A stretch of DNA of 64,000 nt from Victivallales bacterium (GTDB taxonomy: Bacteria; Verrucomicrobiota; Lentisphaeria; Victivallales; UBA1829), in the NCBI GenBank assembly GCA_045612485.1, contig JAZKZE010000121.1, forward strand, positions 7,337 to 71,336, read 5' to 3'. The notes under the pieces were generated by a model. That model made no database searches. It was given only the letters and a program-made list of their open reading frames with translations, and was not told where the DNA came from. Positions 51,766-60,853 of this stretch are shown here, in pieces; position 1 is the stretch's first letter; each line of letters starts with the position of its first letter. The translations under genes were made by a program, and so were the position numbers.

Positions 51766-52956
51766 TTATCTGTGTTTCAACAGAGTCAATGTTTCAAAAT
51801 GTGCAGTGGAAGGGAACATATCCAGCAATCCGGTCTTTTCTGCGGTATATTTTTCAGAAAGGATCTCCAGATCCCGCATCAGAGTGGAAGGATTGCAGGA
51901 TATATATATGATCCAGTCTGCTTCTGAAAAGAGCAGAGAGGAAACCGCATTGCCTTCCAGTCCGGTTCTCGGAGGATCAACCAGAAGGAGCGTACCGGAA
52001 GGAAGAGACTTTTTCCCGTAAAGTTTTTTCATGACTTTTCCGGCATCCCCTGCATAAAATCTGCAATTCTGCTCTACGGAATGATTTCTTGCGTTCTCTT
52101 CCGCCAGAAGAACCGCCTTTTCATCCAGTTCGATCCCGCTGCAGGGGATCTGTAATTTTTCTGCGGCAAGGACAGAAAACACGCCGCACCCGCAGTATAA
52201 TTCCACCATCCGTTTTACTTTCAGAGGTCTGACAGTATCCAGAAAATGTTCTGCCAGTACAGGAGCCATAAAAGTATTGATCTGGAAAAAAGATCTTTTT
52301 TCCACCCGGAACAAACCGTAAGAACCTAAATTTTCCGTCAGGATCTTTTCCGTATCTTTTTTCTGCGTATAGATACATACCCCGTCGGAAGCACTGCTGC
52401 GGAAAGTAACCTTTCCCTCTGTCATGTTTCCAATATATTTTTTCCAGATACCTTCCTGCAATGCCTGATTGATCTCCTGAGAGGCTATGGGACACTCTTT
52501 TACAGGAACCATGGATTTATTGTCCCGTCCGACATAACAGAGTCTGCCGTTGGAAAGATGTAAAGAAATTTTATTCCTCCAATAACGGCGGAATGGAGAA
52601 CCCTTTGCAGGAAGAATCTCCTTTACCTCCATTTTTTTCAACCGCCGGACAAATTCTTCCAACTGTCTGTTTTTCCATTGCAGTTCCAGAGGATATTCCA
52701 TCATCCCGCAGGGACAGCCGGGACACGCCGCAGGACAGGAAGTTTCCACTCTCTGCGGAGAAACCGACATCAAAGAAACCAGCTCACCGCAGGAATAATT
52801 TTTCTTTTCCTCCGTTATACGGATCAAAGCGCGCTCTCCGGGAATCACACCGGGAACAAAACATACTTTTCCTGAAGAGCTTCTGGCAACAGCATTACCG
52901 CCGAAGGCAAGAGCTGTAAAAATCATTTCTTCCGTAACGGGATCATCCTTCATCAT
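51766..52956 (-). CDS. RNA (uracil-C5)-methyltransferase of the RlmD/TrmA family
   Basis: TRAM-like N-terminus, Cys cluster CPAACPGCPCG, SAM motif ELYCGCGVFS, and the DPPRTG and catalytic ISCNPST motifs. Confidence 0.85.
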   Translation of the reverse strand: MMKDDPVTEEMIFTALAFGGNAVARSSSGKVCFVPGVIPGERALIRITEEKKNYSCGELVSLMSVSPQRVETSCPAACPGCPCGMMEYPLELQWKNRQLEEFVRRLKKMEVKEILPAKGSPFRRYWRNKISLHLSNGRLCYVGRDNKSMVPVKECPIASQEINQALQEGIWKKYIGNMTEGKVTFRSSASDGVCIYTQKKDTEKILTENLGSYGLFRVEKRSFFQINTFMAPVLAEHFLDTVRPLKVKRMVELYCGCGVFSVLAAEKLQIPCSGIELDEKAVLLAEENARNHSVEQNCRFYAGDAGKVMKKLYGKKSLPSGTLLLVDPPRTGLEGNAVSSLLFSEADWIIYISCNPSTLMRDLEILSEKYTAEKTGLLDMFPSTAHFETLTLLKHR

Positions 52957-52976
52957 TACCTCAAAAAATTATTTTA

Positions 52977-54038
52977 TTATTCTTTTCCGTAACGGATCTG
53001 GAAGGGAACAGTACGGAGCATCCCACGAAAAAAAGAACACATTACCCTGCCGCATTTTTCAGCGGAACCTGCTGTATTGCCCGCAAGGAAATATTTATCT
53101 GCAAAGGGAAGCATATCTGCAAAAGTAATGACAAGGGGGAGTTTTTTTCCTCCTGTTCTTTTTACCATCTCCGTATAAACCAGATCGATCCCTTCCGCAC
53201 AATATCCCAGAACAGGAGCAAGAGCCAATTCCGTAAGCATCTCCCCTTCCTGCGGAATATTTGCGGAAGAACCGCTGTTTTCATTTCTTCCGGGGAGGAA
53301 GGCAAGCAGTTTTTCCAGAGTTATCTCCATGCGTACCGAAGGAAACAATGCGGTACTTTCCAGTAATTTCAGTGCGCCGTTTTCAAAAAGCGGTGTATAA
53401 TATTTTCCGGCGGAACGGATAAGATCTGCAATGGCGGGCATCTCTATATGTTTTTCCCGGAGGATCTTCATCTGCCTTGCCTTCACCGCCTTTTCCGCAG
53501 CCTGTTCCCTGTATTCCGAAGCAAGTTCCAGCGCAAGCCGGGGAGAACATTTTTCAAATCCCAGAAGGGAAAGAGCTTTCTGTACTTTTGCACTTAAAGC
53601 AGAGGCATCATTTTCATCAAGATTCAGGGATACGGTCAGAAAATAGGAGAGATCATTTTTTCCAAGTTTGCATGTTGCGGTGGAAACAGAAAGGGAAGTG
53701 GTGAGAAACTTTTCCGCAGCAAGAGCAAACCCTGCATCTTCCAGACTTTTTGCCACAGCACGGTCAAGTTCGGAAGCGGGAATATTGCGGATACCGGATT
53801 CTCTCAATGAACTGCGCAAACTGAATTCCACAGCAAGAGCCACATCCTCTGCCACAGAAAGATCATTCTCCCCCGCATCGGCAAGAGAACGGGCAAGACG
53901 GGTACGCAATTCAGAACTGTCAAATACAGCACTGCTGCCGTCAGGATAAAGAATATGGATATTATCTGTACTTGATTCGATCATCATTTCTGTTTTTCTG
54001 CTTTTCTGTTTTTTTCCGTTCTGCCTCTTCCGGAACAC
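52977..54038 (-). CDS. Hypothetical protein (353 aa as tracked; start uncertain)
   Basis: The ORF sits in the operon-like run with the methyltransferase and is not an antisense shadow (nothing is coded opposite). I recognise no motif. The alternative start is ATG 53987 (MMIESS). Confidence 0.65.
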   Translation of the reverse strand: MFRKRQNGKKQKSRKTEMMIESSTDNIHILYPDGSSAVFDSSELRTRLARSLADAGENDLSVAEDVALAVEFSLRSSLRESGIRNIPASELDRAVAKSLEDAGFALAAEKFLTTSLSVSTATCKLGKNDLSYFLTVSLNLDENDASALSAKVQKALSLLGFEKCSPRLALELASEYREQAAEKAVKARQMKILREKHIEMPAIADLIRSAGKYYTPLFENGALKLLESTALFPSVRMEITLEKLLAFLPGRNENSGSSANIPQEGEMLTELALAPVLGYCAEGIDLVYTEMVKRTGGKKLPLVITFADMLPFADKYFLAGNTAGSAEKCGRVMCSFFRGMLRTVPFQIRYGKE

Positions 54039-54178
54039 CGGAAAAGTGTAAATTTCCGCCTATAACAATAACATGTTTCCTGAAAAATGCAAAATCCTTT
54101 TGAAAAAAACTTTTCAATATGTATATTAATAGGACAAACTTTTAATATTTTCCCGGAAAAAATCAATGGAGTATCGTT

Positions 54179-55525
54179 ATGAGCAATGAAAAAGAAATAC
54201 TTGCAGAAAAGAGTCTGAAATATCACAGCACCCCTGCCCCCGGCAAACTGTCGGTCGTCCCCTCCAAACCCTGCGCCACCCAGGAAGAACTTTCCCTTGC
54301 CTATACCCCCGGTGTGGCAGTTCCCTGTATGGAGATCCATAAAGATGTGGAAAAAAGTTTTCTTTATACCAACCGTTCCAACTGTGTTGCCGTGGTAAGT
54401 GACGGTACAGCCGTTCTGGGACTGGGCAATATCGGTCCGGAAGCAGGTATGCCTGTCATGGAAGGAAAAGCAGTTCTTTTCAAACGCTTTGCCGATATTG
54501 ATGCTGTCGCCCTGTGCCTCTCCCATGTTCACGGGGAGGACGGCAAAACCGATCCGGAAAAAGTCATTACAGTAACGCAGGCACTGGAACCCTCTTTCGG
54601 CGGTATCAATCTGGAAGATATCGGGGCACCCGGCTGTTTCAAAGTGGAAAGAGCTTTGAAAAAAGCCATGAATATTCCCGTATTCCATGATGACCAGCAC
54701 GGAACAGCCATCATCTCTCTGGCAGGGATCCTCAATGCTCTCAAGATCATCGGTAAAAAGATCGAAGAATGTAAATTTGTGGTCAACGGTGCCGGAGCCG
54801 CCGGACTGGCATGCAGCCGTTTTTATCTGACAGGCGGCGCAAAACTGGAAAATATGACCCTCTGCGACATTAATGGAGTCCTTCATACCGGCCGTACCGA
54901 TTTGAGCGAAGAACAGAAACTTTTTGCAAAAGACACCCCCATGCGCACCCTCGCAGAAGCGATCAGGGGCGCAGATATTTTCCTGGGATTTTCCGCACCC
55001 AACTGCGTTACTGCGGAAATGGTGAAAAGCATGAACCGGGATGCCATCGTTTTTGCCATGGCAAATCCCACTCCGGAGATCTTCCCCGATGTTGCCATCG
55101 CCGCCGGAGCCAGGATCGCCGGTACCGGCAGAAGTGACTATCCCAATCAGCTGAACAATGTTCTGGGATTCCCGGGCATCTTCCGCGGTGCATTGGATGT
55201 GCGTGCCAGCGACATCAATGAAGAGATGAAACTTGCCGCTTCCGCAGCTCTGGCAGAACTGGCAGTGGCAGAGATCCCTGAAAATGTAAAACAGGTTCTC
55301 AAGCAGGCATATCCTGCTGACGCAGCCAAAGGAATGTTTGACAGAGCACCCGGACTTTATGCCGATATGGTCATTCCCAAACCCTTCGACCCCAGAGTAG
55401 TACCTCATGTGGCGCGGAAAGTAGCGGAAGCCGCCATGAAATCCGGTGTTGCCCGTATTATGATCGACGATCTGGATGCTTATGAAGCAAGCGTAGCAGC
55501 AAGGATCGCAAAGGCAAACGCATAA
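54179..55525 (+). CDS. NAD(P)-dependent malic enzyme (short bacterial form, no PTA domain)
   Basis: 448 aa with [10 protein letters not shown], a [15 protein letters not shown] segment, and FNGAGAAG-type dinucleotide motif VVNGAGAAG. Confidence 0.93.
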   Translation: MSNEKEILAEKSLKYHSTPAPGKLSVVPSKPCATQEELSLAYTPGVAVPCMEIHKDVEKSFLYTNRSNCVAVVSDGTAVLGLGNIGPEAGMPVMEGKAVLFKRFADIDAVALCLSHVHGEDGKTDPEKVITVTQALEPSFGGINLEDIGAPGCFKVERALKKAMNIPVFHDDQHGTAIISLAGILNALKIIGKKIEECKFVVNGAGAAGLACSRFYLTGGAKLENMTLCDINGVLHTGRTDLSEEQKLFAKDTPMRTLAEAIRGADIFLGFSAPNCVTAEMVKSMNRDAIVFAMANPTPEIFPDVAIAAGARIAGTGRSDYPNQLNNVLGFPGIFRGALDVRASDINEEMKLAASAALAELAVAEIPENVKQVLKQAYPADAAKGMFDRAPGLYADMVIPKPFDPRVVPHVARKVAEAAMKSGVARIMIDDLDAYEASVAARIAKANA

Positions 55526-55604
55526 AAATCACCGGATAAAACAGGGAAAAGGAGATAAAATCATCTTTTCCCTTCAGCAATATCTTCTATGAAAGGACAG
55601 AAAA

Positions 55605-56453
55605 ATGAAGATCATTCACACAATAGCCGAAATGCAGCAGTACTCAAAAGAACAGCAGAGAAAAGGTAAAATCATAGGGATCGTTCCTACCATGGGTTAT
55701 CTGCACGATGGGCACCTGTCGTTGGTGGATACAGCAAGAAACAGCGGTGCGGATTGTGTGGTCGTCACCATTTTTGTCAATCCTATCCAGTTTGCCCCCA
55801 ATGAAGACTTTGATAAATATCCCCGGGATCTGCAAAGAGATTGCGCTCTTCTGGAAGCAAAAAATGTGGATGCGGTATTTGCTCCTTCCGTCAAAGAGAT
55901 GTATGTGGAAGAACCCACCTGTCTTGTTGTGGAAAACAAACTTTCACAAGGCCTTTGTGCAAAGACCCGTCCCACCCATTTCCAGGGGGTGACTACCGTT
56001 GTGGCAAAACTTTTCAATGCCGTCCTTCCGGATATTGCTGTTTTCGGGCAGAAAGATGCACAGCAGGCAAGAGTTTTGAAAAGAATGGTACGGGATCTCA
56101 ATTTCCCCATCAAACTTGTCATCAGTCCCCTGATCCGGGAAAAAGACGGTCTTGCTTTAAGTTCCCGCAATAAGTATCTTTCTGCGGAAGAGAGGGAAAA
56201 TGCCCTTGTTCTTTCCCGTTCACTGAAAGAAGCAAAAGAATCTCTGGAAGCAGGAAATACTTCCATAGATTCCGCCATTGAAACCATTAAAAACAATATT
56301 GCTGCCAAAGGCGGCAAAGTGGATTATGTGGAGTGCGTGGATTCTGAAACGCTGGAAGATGTCCGGACAAAAACCGGAAGAGAGATCATGCTCGTGCTTG
56401 CCGCCTGTTTCGGAAGCACAAGACTTATTGATAATATCCTCTTTATTTTCTGA
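55605..56453 (+). CDS. panC: Pantoate--beta-alanine ligase
   Basis: VPTMGYLHDGHLSLV (HIGH-like) and FGQKDAQQ motifs. Confidence 0.95.
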   Translation: MKIIHTIAEMQQYSKEQQRKGKIIGIVPTMGYLHDGHLSLVDTARNSGADCVVVTIFVNPIQFAPNEDFDKYPRDLQRDCALLEAKNVDAVFAPSVKEMYVEEPTCLVVENKLSQGLCAKTRPTHFQGVTTVVAKLFNAVLPDIAVFGQKDAQQARVLKRMVRDLNFPIKLVISPLIREKDGLALSSRNKYLSAEERENALVLSRSLKEAKESLEAGNTSIDSAIETIKNNIAAKGGKVDYVECVDSETLEDVRTKTGREIMLVLAACFGSTRLIDNILFIF

Positions 56454-56463
56454 AAGGACTGCA

Positions 56464-56934
56464 ATGAGTATAGAGATCCGTAAAGCGGAAGCCACAGAAA
56501 AAGATATTGAACTACTGACCTCTCTGCGTATGCAGATGCGTGCAGAAAGGGAGGAAGTTCCCCCGCCGGAAAATATGGAACGTTTCAGGGAACAGGTGAG
56601 AGAATATTTTGCCGCATCCCTTGCAAAAGGTTCATTCTGTTCCTTTCTGCTCTTTGATGACGGAAAACCGGCTGCATGCAGCGGTCTCTGCATTGAACGG
56701 CACCCACCCTCCTATTCCGATCCGGAAGGGTATTTTGGTTACATCACCAATATGTTTACCGTAAAAGAGTTCCGGGGCAAAGGCTATGCAAGACTTCTTC
56801 TGGATGAGATCAGAAAAGAAGCGGTCAGATGCCATTGCGGCAAACTTATGCTCAATGCCTCCAGTATGGGCAAACCCCTCTATGAAAAATACGGATTCAG
56901 AGAGGTGGCAAACGAAATGGTGCTGTTTCTTTGA
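56464..56934 (+). CDS. GNAT-family N-acetyltransferase
   Basis: 156 aa starting from ATG 56464 (MSIEIRKAE). The acetyl-CoA motif is FRGKGYARLLLDEI. The track start at 56278 lies inside panC. Confidence 0.82.
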   Translation: MSIEIRKAEATEKDIELLTSLRMQMRAEREEVPPPENMERFREQVREYFAASLAKGSFCSFLLFDDGKPAACSGLCIERHPPSYSDPEGYFGYITNMFTVKEFRGKGYARLLLDEIRKEAVRCHCGKLMLNASSMGKPLYEKYGFREVANEMVLFL

Positions 56935-57067
56935 AATTCTGTCAGAAAGCATGATACCATCTGAAACCGGGAGTCCTGTATTTCCAGTACTCCCGGTATT
57001 CCCTGTGTTTTTTCACCTTTTTCTCCCTGTTTTTTTCTTTTTTTTCCCTTTTCTTTCCTGTAAGAGA

Positions 57068-57096
57068 TTGAAAAAAAGTCTATGTTATGCTATTGT
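57068..57096 (+). promoter_or_regulatory. Candidate sigma70-type promoter for the pilT-moxR operon
   Basis: TTGAAA (57068-57073), a 17-nt spacer, then TATTGT (57091-57096), 47 nt upstream of the pilT ATG. Confidence 0.35.
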
Positions 57097-57142
57097 AGCA
57101 CCGTAATTCATTTTAAATAACCCAGGACAATGGAGAAAAGTT

Positions 57143-58234
57143 ATGCCGGCAATTGATGTATACTTGGAATATATGATGCAGATCAAAGCATCAGACTTGC
57201 ACATGAGCAGTAATCACCCCGTGGCATACCGTGTGGACGGTGAGATCGTCTTTACAGAAACGGAACCCATGCAGAGTGATTACATCCACCAGATCGCTTT
57301 TGAGATCATGCCGGAAAGAAACCGGAAACAGTTTACAGACTGCAATGACGCCGACCTTGCGTACGCATTGCCCACCGGCGACCGTTTCCGTGTAAACGTA
57401 TTCCGTGACCTGAATGGTGTAGGGATCGTCGCCCGTATCATTCCTGCAGATATCCTCACCTTTGAACAGCTGAACCTGCCGCCGGTATGTGCGGAACTGT
57501 GTACCCTCAATAAAGGACTTGTGCTTGTTACCGGTCCTACCGGAAGCGGAAAGTCCACCACGCTTGCCGCCATGGTGGACTATATCAACCGGCACCGTAC
57601 CGACCATATCATCACAGTTGAAGACCCTGTGGAATTCGTGCATCCCAGCCGGAAATGTCTGGTAAATCACCGTGAAATCGGACGCCATACCAACAGCTTC
57701 GCCTCCGCCCTGCGTGCTGCCCTCCGTGAAGACCCGGATATCGTGCTGGTGGGGGAAATGCGAGACCTGGAAACTGTGGAAATCGCTATTGAAACTGCTG
57801 AAACAGGACACCTTGTGTTCGGTACACTGCATACCACTACAGCGTACAGTACCGTCAACCGTGTTATCCAGCAGTTCCCTGCCACCCGTCAGGATCAGAT
57901 CCGGCAGATGCTTGCCGACTCCCTCCGCGGAGTTATCGCCCAGACCCTCTGTAAAAGAAAGGGAAAAGGCCGTATTGCCGCATTGGAGATCCTGCGTGTG
58001 ACTTCCGCTGTATCCAACCTTATCCGAGAGTCCAAGATCTATCAGATCCCCTCCGTCATCCAGACCGGGCAGAAATTGGGGATGTGTACACTCAACGACT
58101 CTCTTCTGGATGTGGTCAAACGTGGGATCGTGGCTCCGGAAGAAGCTCTCTTCAAAGCCATTGACCGAGCCGACCTGATGAACATGTTCAATGAAAATGA
58201 CATTGAATACGAAAATCTCATTGATGAGATGTGA
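57143..58234 (+). CDS. pilT: PilT-type (type IV pilus retraction family) hexameric ATPase
   Basis: 363 aa with Walker A GPTGSGKST, the ITVEDPVEF Asp box, Walker B ALREDPDIVLVGEMRD and the His box FGTLHT. Length and N-terminus (ASDLHMSS) fit PilT/PilU rather than PilB. Confidence 0.9.
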   Translation: MPAIDVYLEYMMQIKASDLHMSSNHPVAYRVDGEIVFTETEPMQSDYIHQIAFEIMPERNRKQFTDCNDADLAYALPTGDRFRVNVFRDLNGVGIVARIIPADILTFEQLNLPPVCAELCTLNKGLVLVTGPTGSGKSTTLAAMVDYINRHRTDHIITVEDPVEFVHPSRKCLVNHREIGRHTNSFASALRAALREDPDIVLVGEMRDLETVEIAIETAETGHLVFGTLHTTTAYSTVNRVIQQFPATRQDQIRQMLADSLRGVIAQTLCKRKGKGRIAALEILRVTSAVSNLIRESKIYQIPSVIQTGQKLGMCTLNDSLLDVVKRGIVAPEEALFKAIDRADLMNMFNENDIEYENLIDEM

Positions 58235-58261
58235 TAAATTTTTGCAGGGGAATATTGCCAG

Positions 58262-59605
58262 ATGATAACGGATAAAGAAAGTTCTTCCGTATATACCGGA
58301 ACCGATTTTCCCACGCTGACGATCCAGGAAGCGGGGACAACAAGGGAAGCGGTTCTGGATCAACCACTTTTTACCATCGGCAGGGGCGGTCATTGCCATA
58401 TCGTCATGGACGATACCAATGTATCCCGGCACCATGCGGAACTCCGGAAAAAAGATGACAACTGGATCATCACCGACCTCAACAGTGCCAATGGTACTTT
58501 TGTAAATACTCTTCCTGTTTCCTCCCAGACTCTGAAACACATGGATATCATTCAGATAGGCGGGGCGATGCTGGTATTCAATGATCCCCATACTCCCGCC
58601 GCAGGGGAAGCGGAAAAATGGAACAATGAAGATGATGCAGAGGCTTCAGCCTTCAATTTTGAATCCATGAAAAGAGTCATCCACCGCCTGGAAGAAAATA
58701 TTGCAAAGGTATTCAAAGGCAATCAGGGAGTGATCCGGGATCTTATTGTATGCCTTATGGCAGACGGTCACCTGCTGCTGGAGGATGCTCCCGGTGTGGG
58801 AAAAAGTCTTCTGGCACAGACTTTGGCAAAAAGTGTGCAATCCCAGTATAAAAGAATACAGTTCACCCCGGATATGCTCCCTTCGGACATTACGGGAATG
58901 AATATTTATGATGATGCCAAAAAGGAGTTCCGTTTTCTTCCCGGTCCGATTTTCGGTAATGTGATCCTTGCGGACGAGATCAACAGAACCACACCCCGTA
59001 CCCAGGCAAGTCTTCTGGAGTGTATGTCGGAATCTGCGGTAACACTGGACGGGAAAAGTCATGTTCTTCCCAAACCCTTCTTTGTCATCGCCACCCAGAA
59101 TCCCGGGGATTATCACGGCACTTACCCGCTTCCGGAACCCCAGCTTGACCGTTTTCTTATGCGTCTGAGTATCGGCTATCCCTCCATTGAAGCGGAAAAA
59201 GAGATCCTGACAAGTCAAATGTCCGGACAGGTTCTGAGCCATATTTCCTATGTGATACGGGGCAATGACGTGATCCGCTGTCAGGCACTTGTGCGTACAG
59301 TAAAGGTTTCCGATGCCATAAAGGATTATATCGTAAAAATTGCAGATGCAACAAGGCATCATGATGCCCTTGTAAACGGTATAAGTCCCCGTGCCACTCT
59401 TGCCCTGATGCGTTCCTCCCAGAGTCTTGCCGCTTACAACGGCAGAAATTATGTGACTCCGCAGGATGTGAGAAACATGCTCAAACCGGTATTCAGTCAC
59501 AGACTGTGTCTGAAACTGAAAGCAAAGACTCAATGGAAGAGTGTGGATGATCTTCTGGATAAAATCGCAGAAGGAATAAAACTCAAAAACGAGGATATTC
59601 TCTAA
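58262..59605 (+). CDS. FHA domain fused to a MoxR-family AAA+ ATPase
   Basis: The N-terminal FHA is LFTIGRGGHCHIVMDDTNVSRHHAELRK...ITDLNSANGTFVN. The MoxR core follows, with LLLEDAPGVGKS (Walker A), ILADEINR (Walker B) and ATQNP. Confidence 0.9.
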   Translation: MITDKESSSVYTGTDFPTLTIQEAGTTREAVLDQPLFTIGRGGHCHIVMDDTNVSRHHAELRKKDDNWIITDLNSANGTFVNTLPVSSQTLKHMDIIQIGGAMLVFNDPHTPAAGEAEKWNNEDDAEASAFNFESMKRVIHRLEENIAKVFKGNQGVIRDLIVCLMADGHLLLEDAPGVGKSLLAQTLAKSVQSQYKRIQFTPDMLPSDITGMNIYDDAKKEFRFLPGPIFGNVILADEINRTTPRTQASLLECMSESAVTLDGKSHVLPKPFFVIATQNPGDYHGTYPLPEPQLDRFLMRLSIGYPSIEAEKEILTSQMSGQVLSHISYVIRGNDVIRCQALVRTVKVSDAIKDYIVKIADATRHHDALVNGISPRATLALMRSSQSLAAYNGRNYVTPQDVRNMLKPVFSHRLCLKLKAKTQWKSVDDLLDKIAEGIKLKNEDIL

Positions 59606-60853
59606 ATGGGCTTTTTTGCGGTACCCACAAAAAAGGGGCTGCTTTTCCTTTTTCTTGCTGCAATGGCAACAGGGGTGGCCTTTATGAATTCCGGGCTTGT
59701 CACAGCATTGACGGCGGCGGGATTTGTTTCTTTGTGTGTCCCGGCTTATATCATGGCACATTTCTGTCTTACCGGGATTACCTTGAAAAGAACATTTCCC
59801 AAAGACGGACAGATCGGAAAGATCCTCTATTCGGAGATCACTGTGCAAAACCCTCTTCCCCTTTTCCGTCACACCTGTACGGTAACGGAGGAACTTCCTT
59901 TTGCAGAAAAAAAGATTTTTACTGTCCCGGCATTGCGTCCGGGAGAGCTTTTTACCTTATCCTGTCCCCGCATAGCGGAAAAAAGAGGGGAATACAATGT
60001 GGAAAAGATCGTTTTATCCTCCGGGGATCCGCTGGGGCTTTTCCGGAAAAAAAAGGTATTCAAAGCTCCCTGTGTCGTCCAGATCCTGCCGCAGAGCATT
60101 CCGCTGGCATCCCTGGCAGGAACTGTAGGCAGAGGGGGGCTTACGGATTCTGAAGGAAGAAATCTGGGACGCGCCGGTCAGGGGAAAGATTTTTTCGGAG
60201 TACGGCCATACCGTATCGGAGATGAAGTAAGACACATCCATTGGAAATCCACTGCGGCAAAAGGTACTCTTATGGTAAAAGAGTTTGAAGCATCTGCAGT
60301 TGATCAGATCGTGATACTTCTGGATACGGAAAAAAAGCAGATAAGCAGAGAACCATCAGACAACAATTTTGAATTTCTTATCAGCTGTGCCGCCTCTATT
60401 ACGGATTATTTAAGTAAAAAATACTGTCATCTGTCTTTTATTGCGGCAGACGGGGACGGATATTTCCATCATTTCGGAGGAGATGCCGCTTCCGTCAAAG
60501 GCAAAATACAGCTTGCCCTGACTCTTTTACAGGGAGGAAAAATCAGTCTTGCAGAAAGTCTGGCAGCATCCGCAGAATACGTCAAACCTGCCTCCATTGT
60601 ATTTCTGCTTACCATGTCTACGGACAAAATACCCGATTACATCACTCTCTTACAGGAAAAAGACTGTTTCTGCCACTGGATCTGGGCTCCGGCGGAAAAT
60701 TTTCCACCGGCGGAAGAGGATAAACCGAGAATATTGTATCCGGAAAAGGTGGAAAGTATGCTTTGCGGACTTCCGGTAAAGCCACTTACGGCAAATTTCA
60801 CCACAAAAGCAGATGAACTTCTGGAAGGCGGAAATACCTATGAAAAACTCTGA
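59606..60853 (+). CDS. DUF58-family protein (vWA-like partner of MoxR) with two N-terminal TM helices
   Basis: The ATG directly follows the moxR TAA. DUF58 signature: FFGVRPYRIGDEVRHIHWKSTAAKGTLMVKEFE. Confidence 0.88.
   Translation: MGFFAVPTKKGLLFLFLAAMATGVAFMNSGLVTALTAAGFVSLCVPAYIMAHFCLTGITLKRTFPKDGQIGKILYSEITVQNPLPLFRHTCTVTEELPFAEKKIFTVPALRPGELFTLSCPRIAEKRGEYNVEKIVLSSGDPLGLFRKKKVFKAPCVVQILPQSIPLASLAGTVGRGGLTDSEGRNLGRAGQGKDFFGVRPYRIGDEVRHIHWKSTAAKGTLMVKEFEASAVDQIVILLDTEKKQISREPSDNNFEFLISCAASITDYLSKKYCHLSFIAADGDGYFHHFGGDAASVKGKIQLALTLLQGGKISLAESLAASAEYVKPASIVFLLTMSTDKIPDYITLLQEKDCFCHWIWAPAENFPPAEEDKPRILYPEKVESMLCGLPVKPLTANFTTKADELLEGGNTYEKL

Noticed and set aside
53984-55408. 474-aa ORF on the minus strand
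   Set aside because: Codon-aligned antisense shadow of the malic enzyme gene.
56278-56463. N-terminal extensions of ORF-track calls (here GNAT; also starts at 1209, 4321, 10978, 12421, 15804, 18593, 32546, 39244 and 50854)
   Set aside because: The extended parts overlap the neighbouring gene or AT-rich spacers and lack an RBS. Internal starts with Shine-Dalgarno-like sequences match conserved family N-termini.
56966-56997. 9-bp perfect hairpin accgggagt/actcccggt after the GNAT gene
   Set aside because: It is plausibly the panC/GNAT terminator, but the T-run is displaced (attccctgtgtttttt), so I did not list it as a confident terminator. The same caveat applies to the 8-bp hairpin at 55544-55572 after the malic enzyme gene and the 6-bp hairpin at 34235-34253 between tuf and rpmG.
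56999-57062. Pyrimidine-rich tract of about 65 nt (with only a few G residues) between the GNAT gene and pilT, containing repeated ccctgt(g)tttttt units
   Set aside because: It is not coding (it would give a poly-Phe/Pro/Leu product), forms no hairpin, and the repeat is too short and imperfect to call a functional element. It is probably just a T-rich spacer or UP-like region for the pilT promoter.
57191-58591. 466-aa ORF on the minus strand (and 58646..59872, 408 aa)
   Set aside because: Codon-aligned antisense shadows of pilT and of the FHA-MoxR gene.
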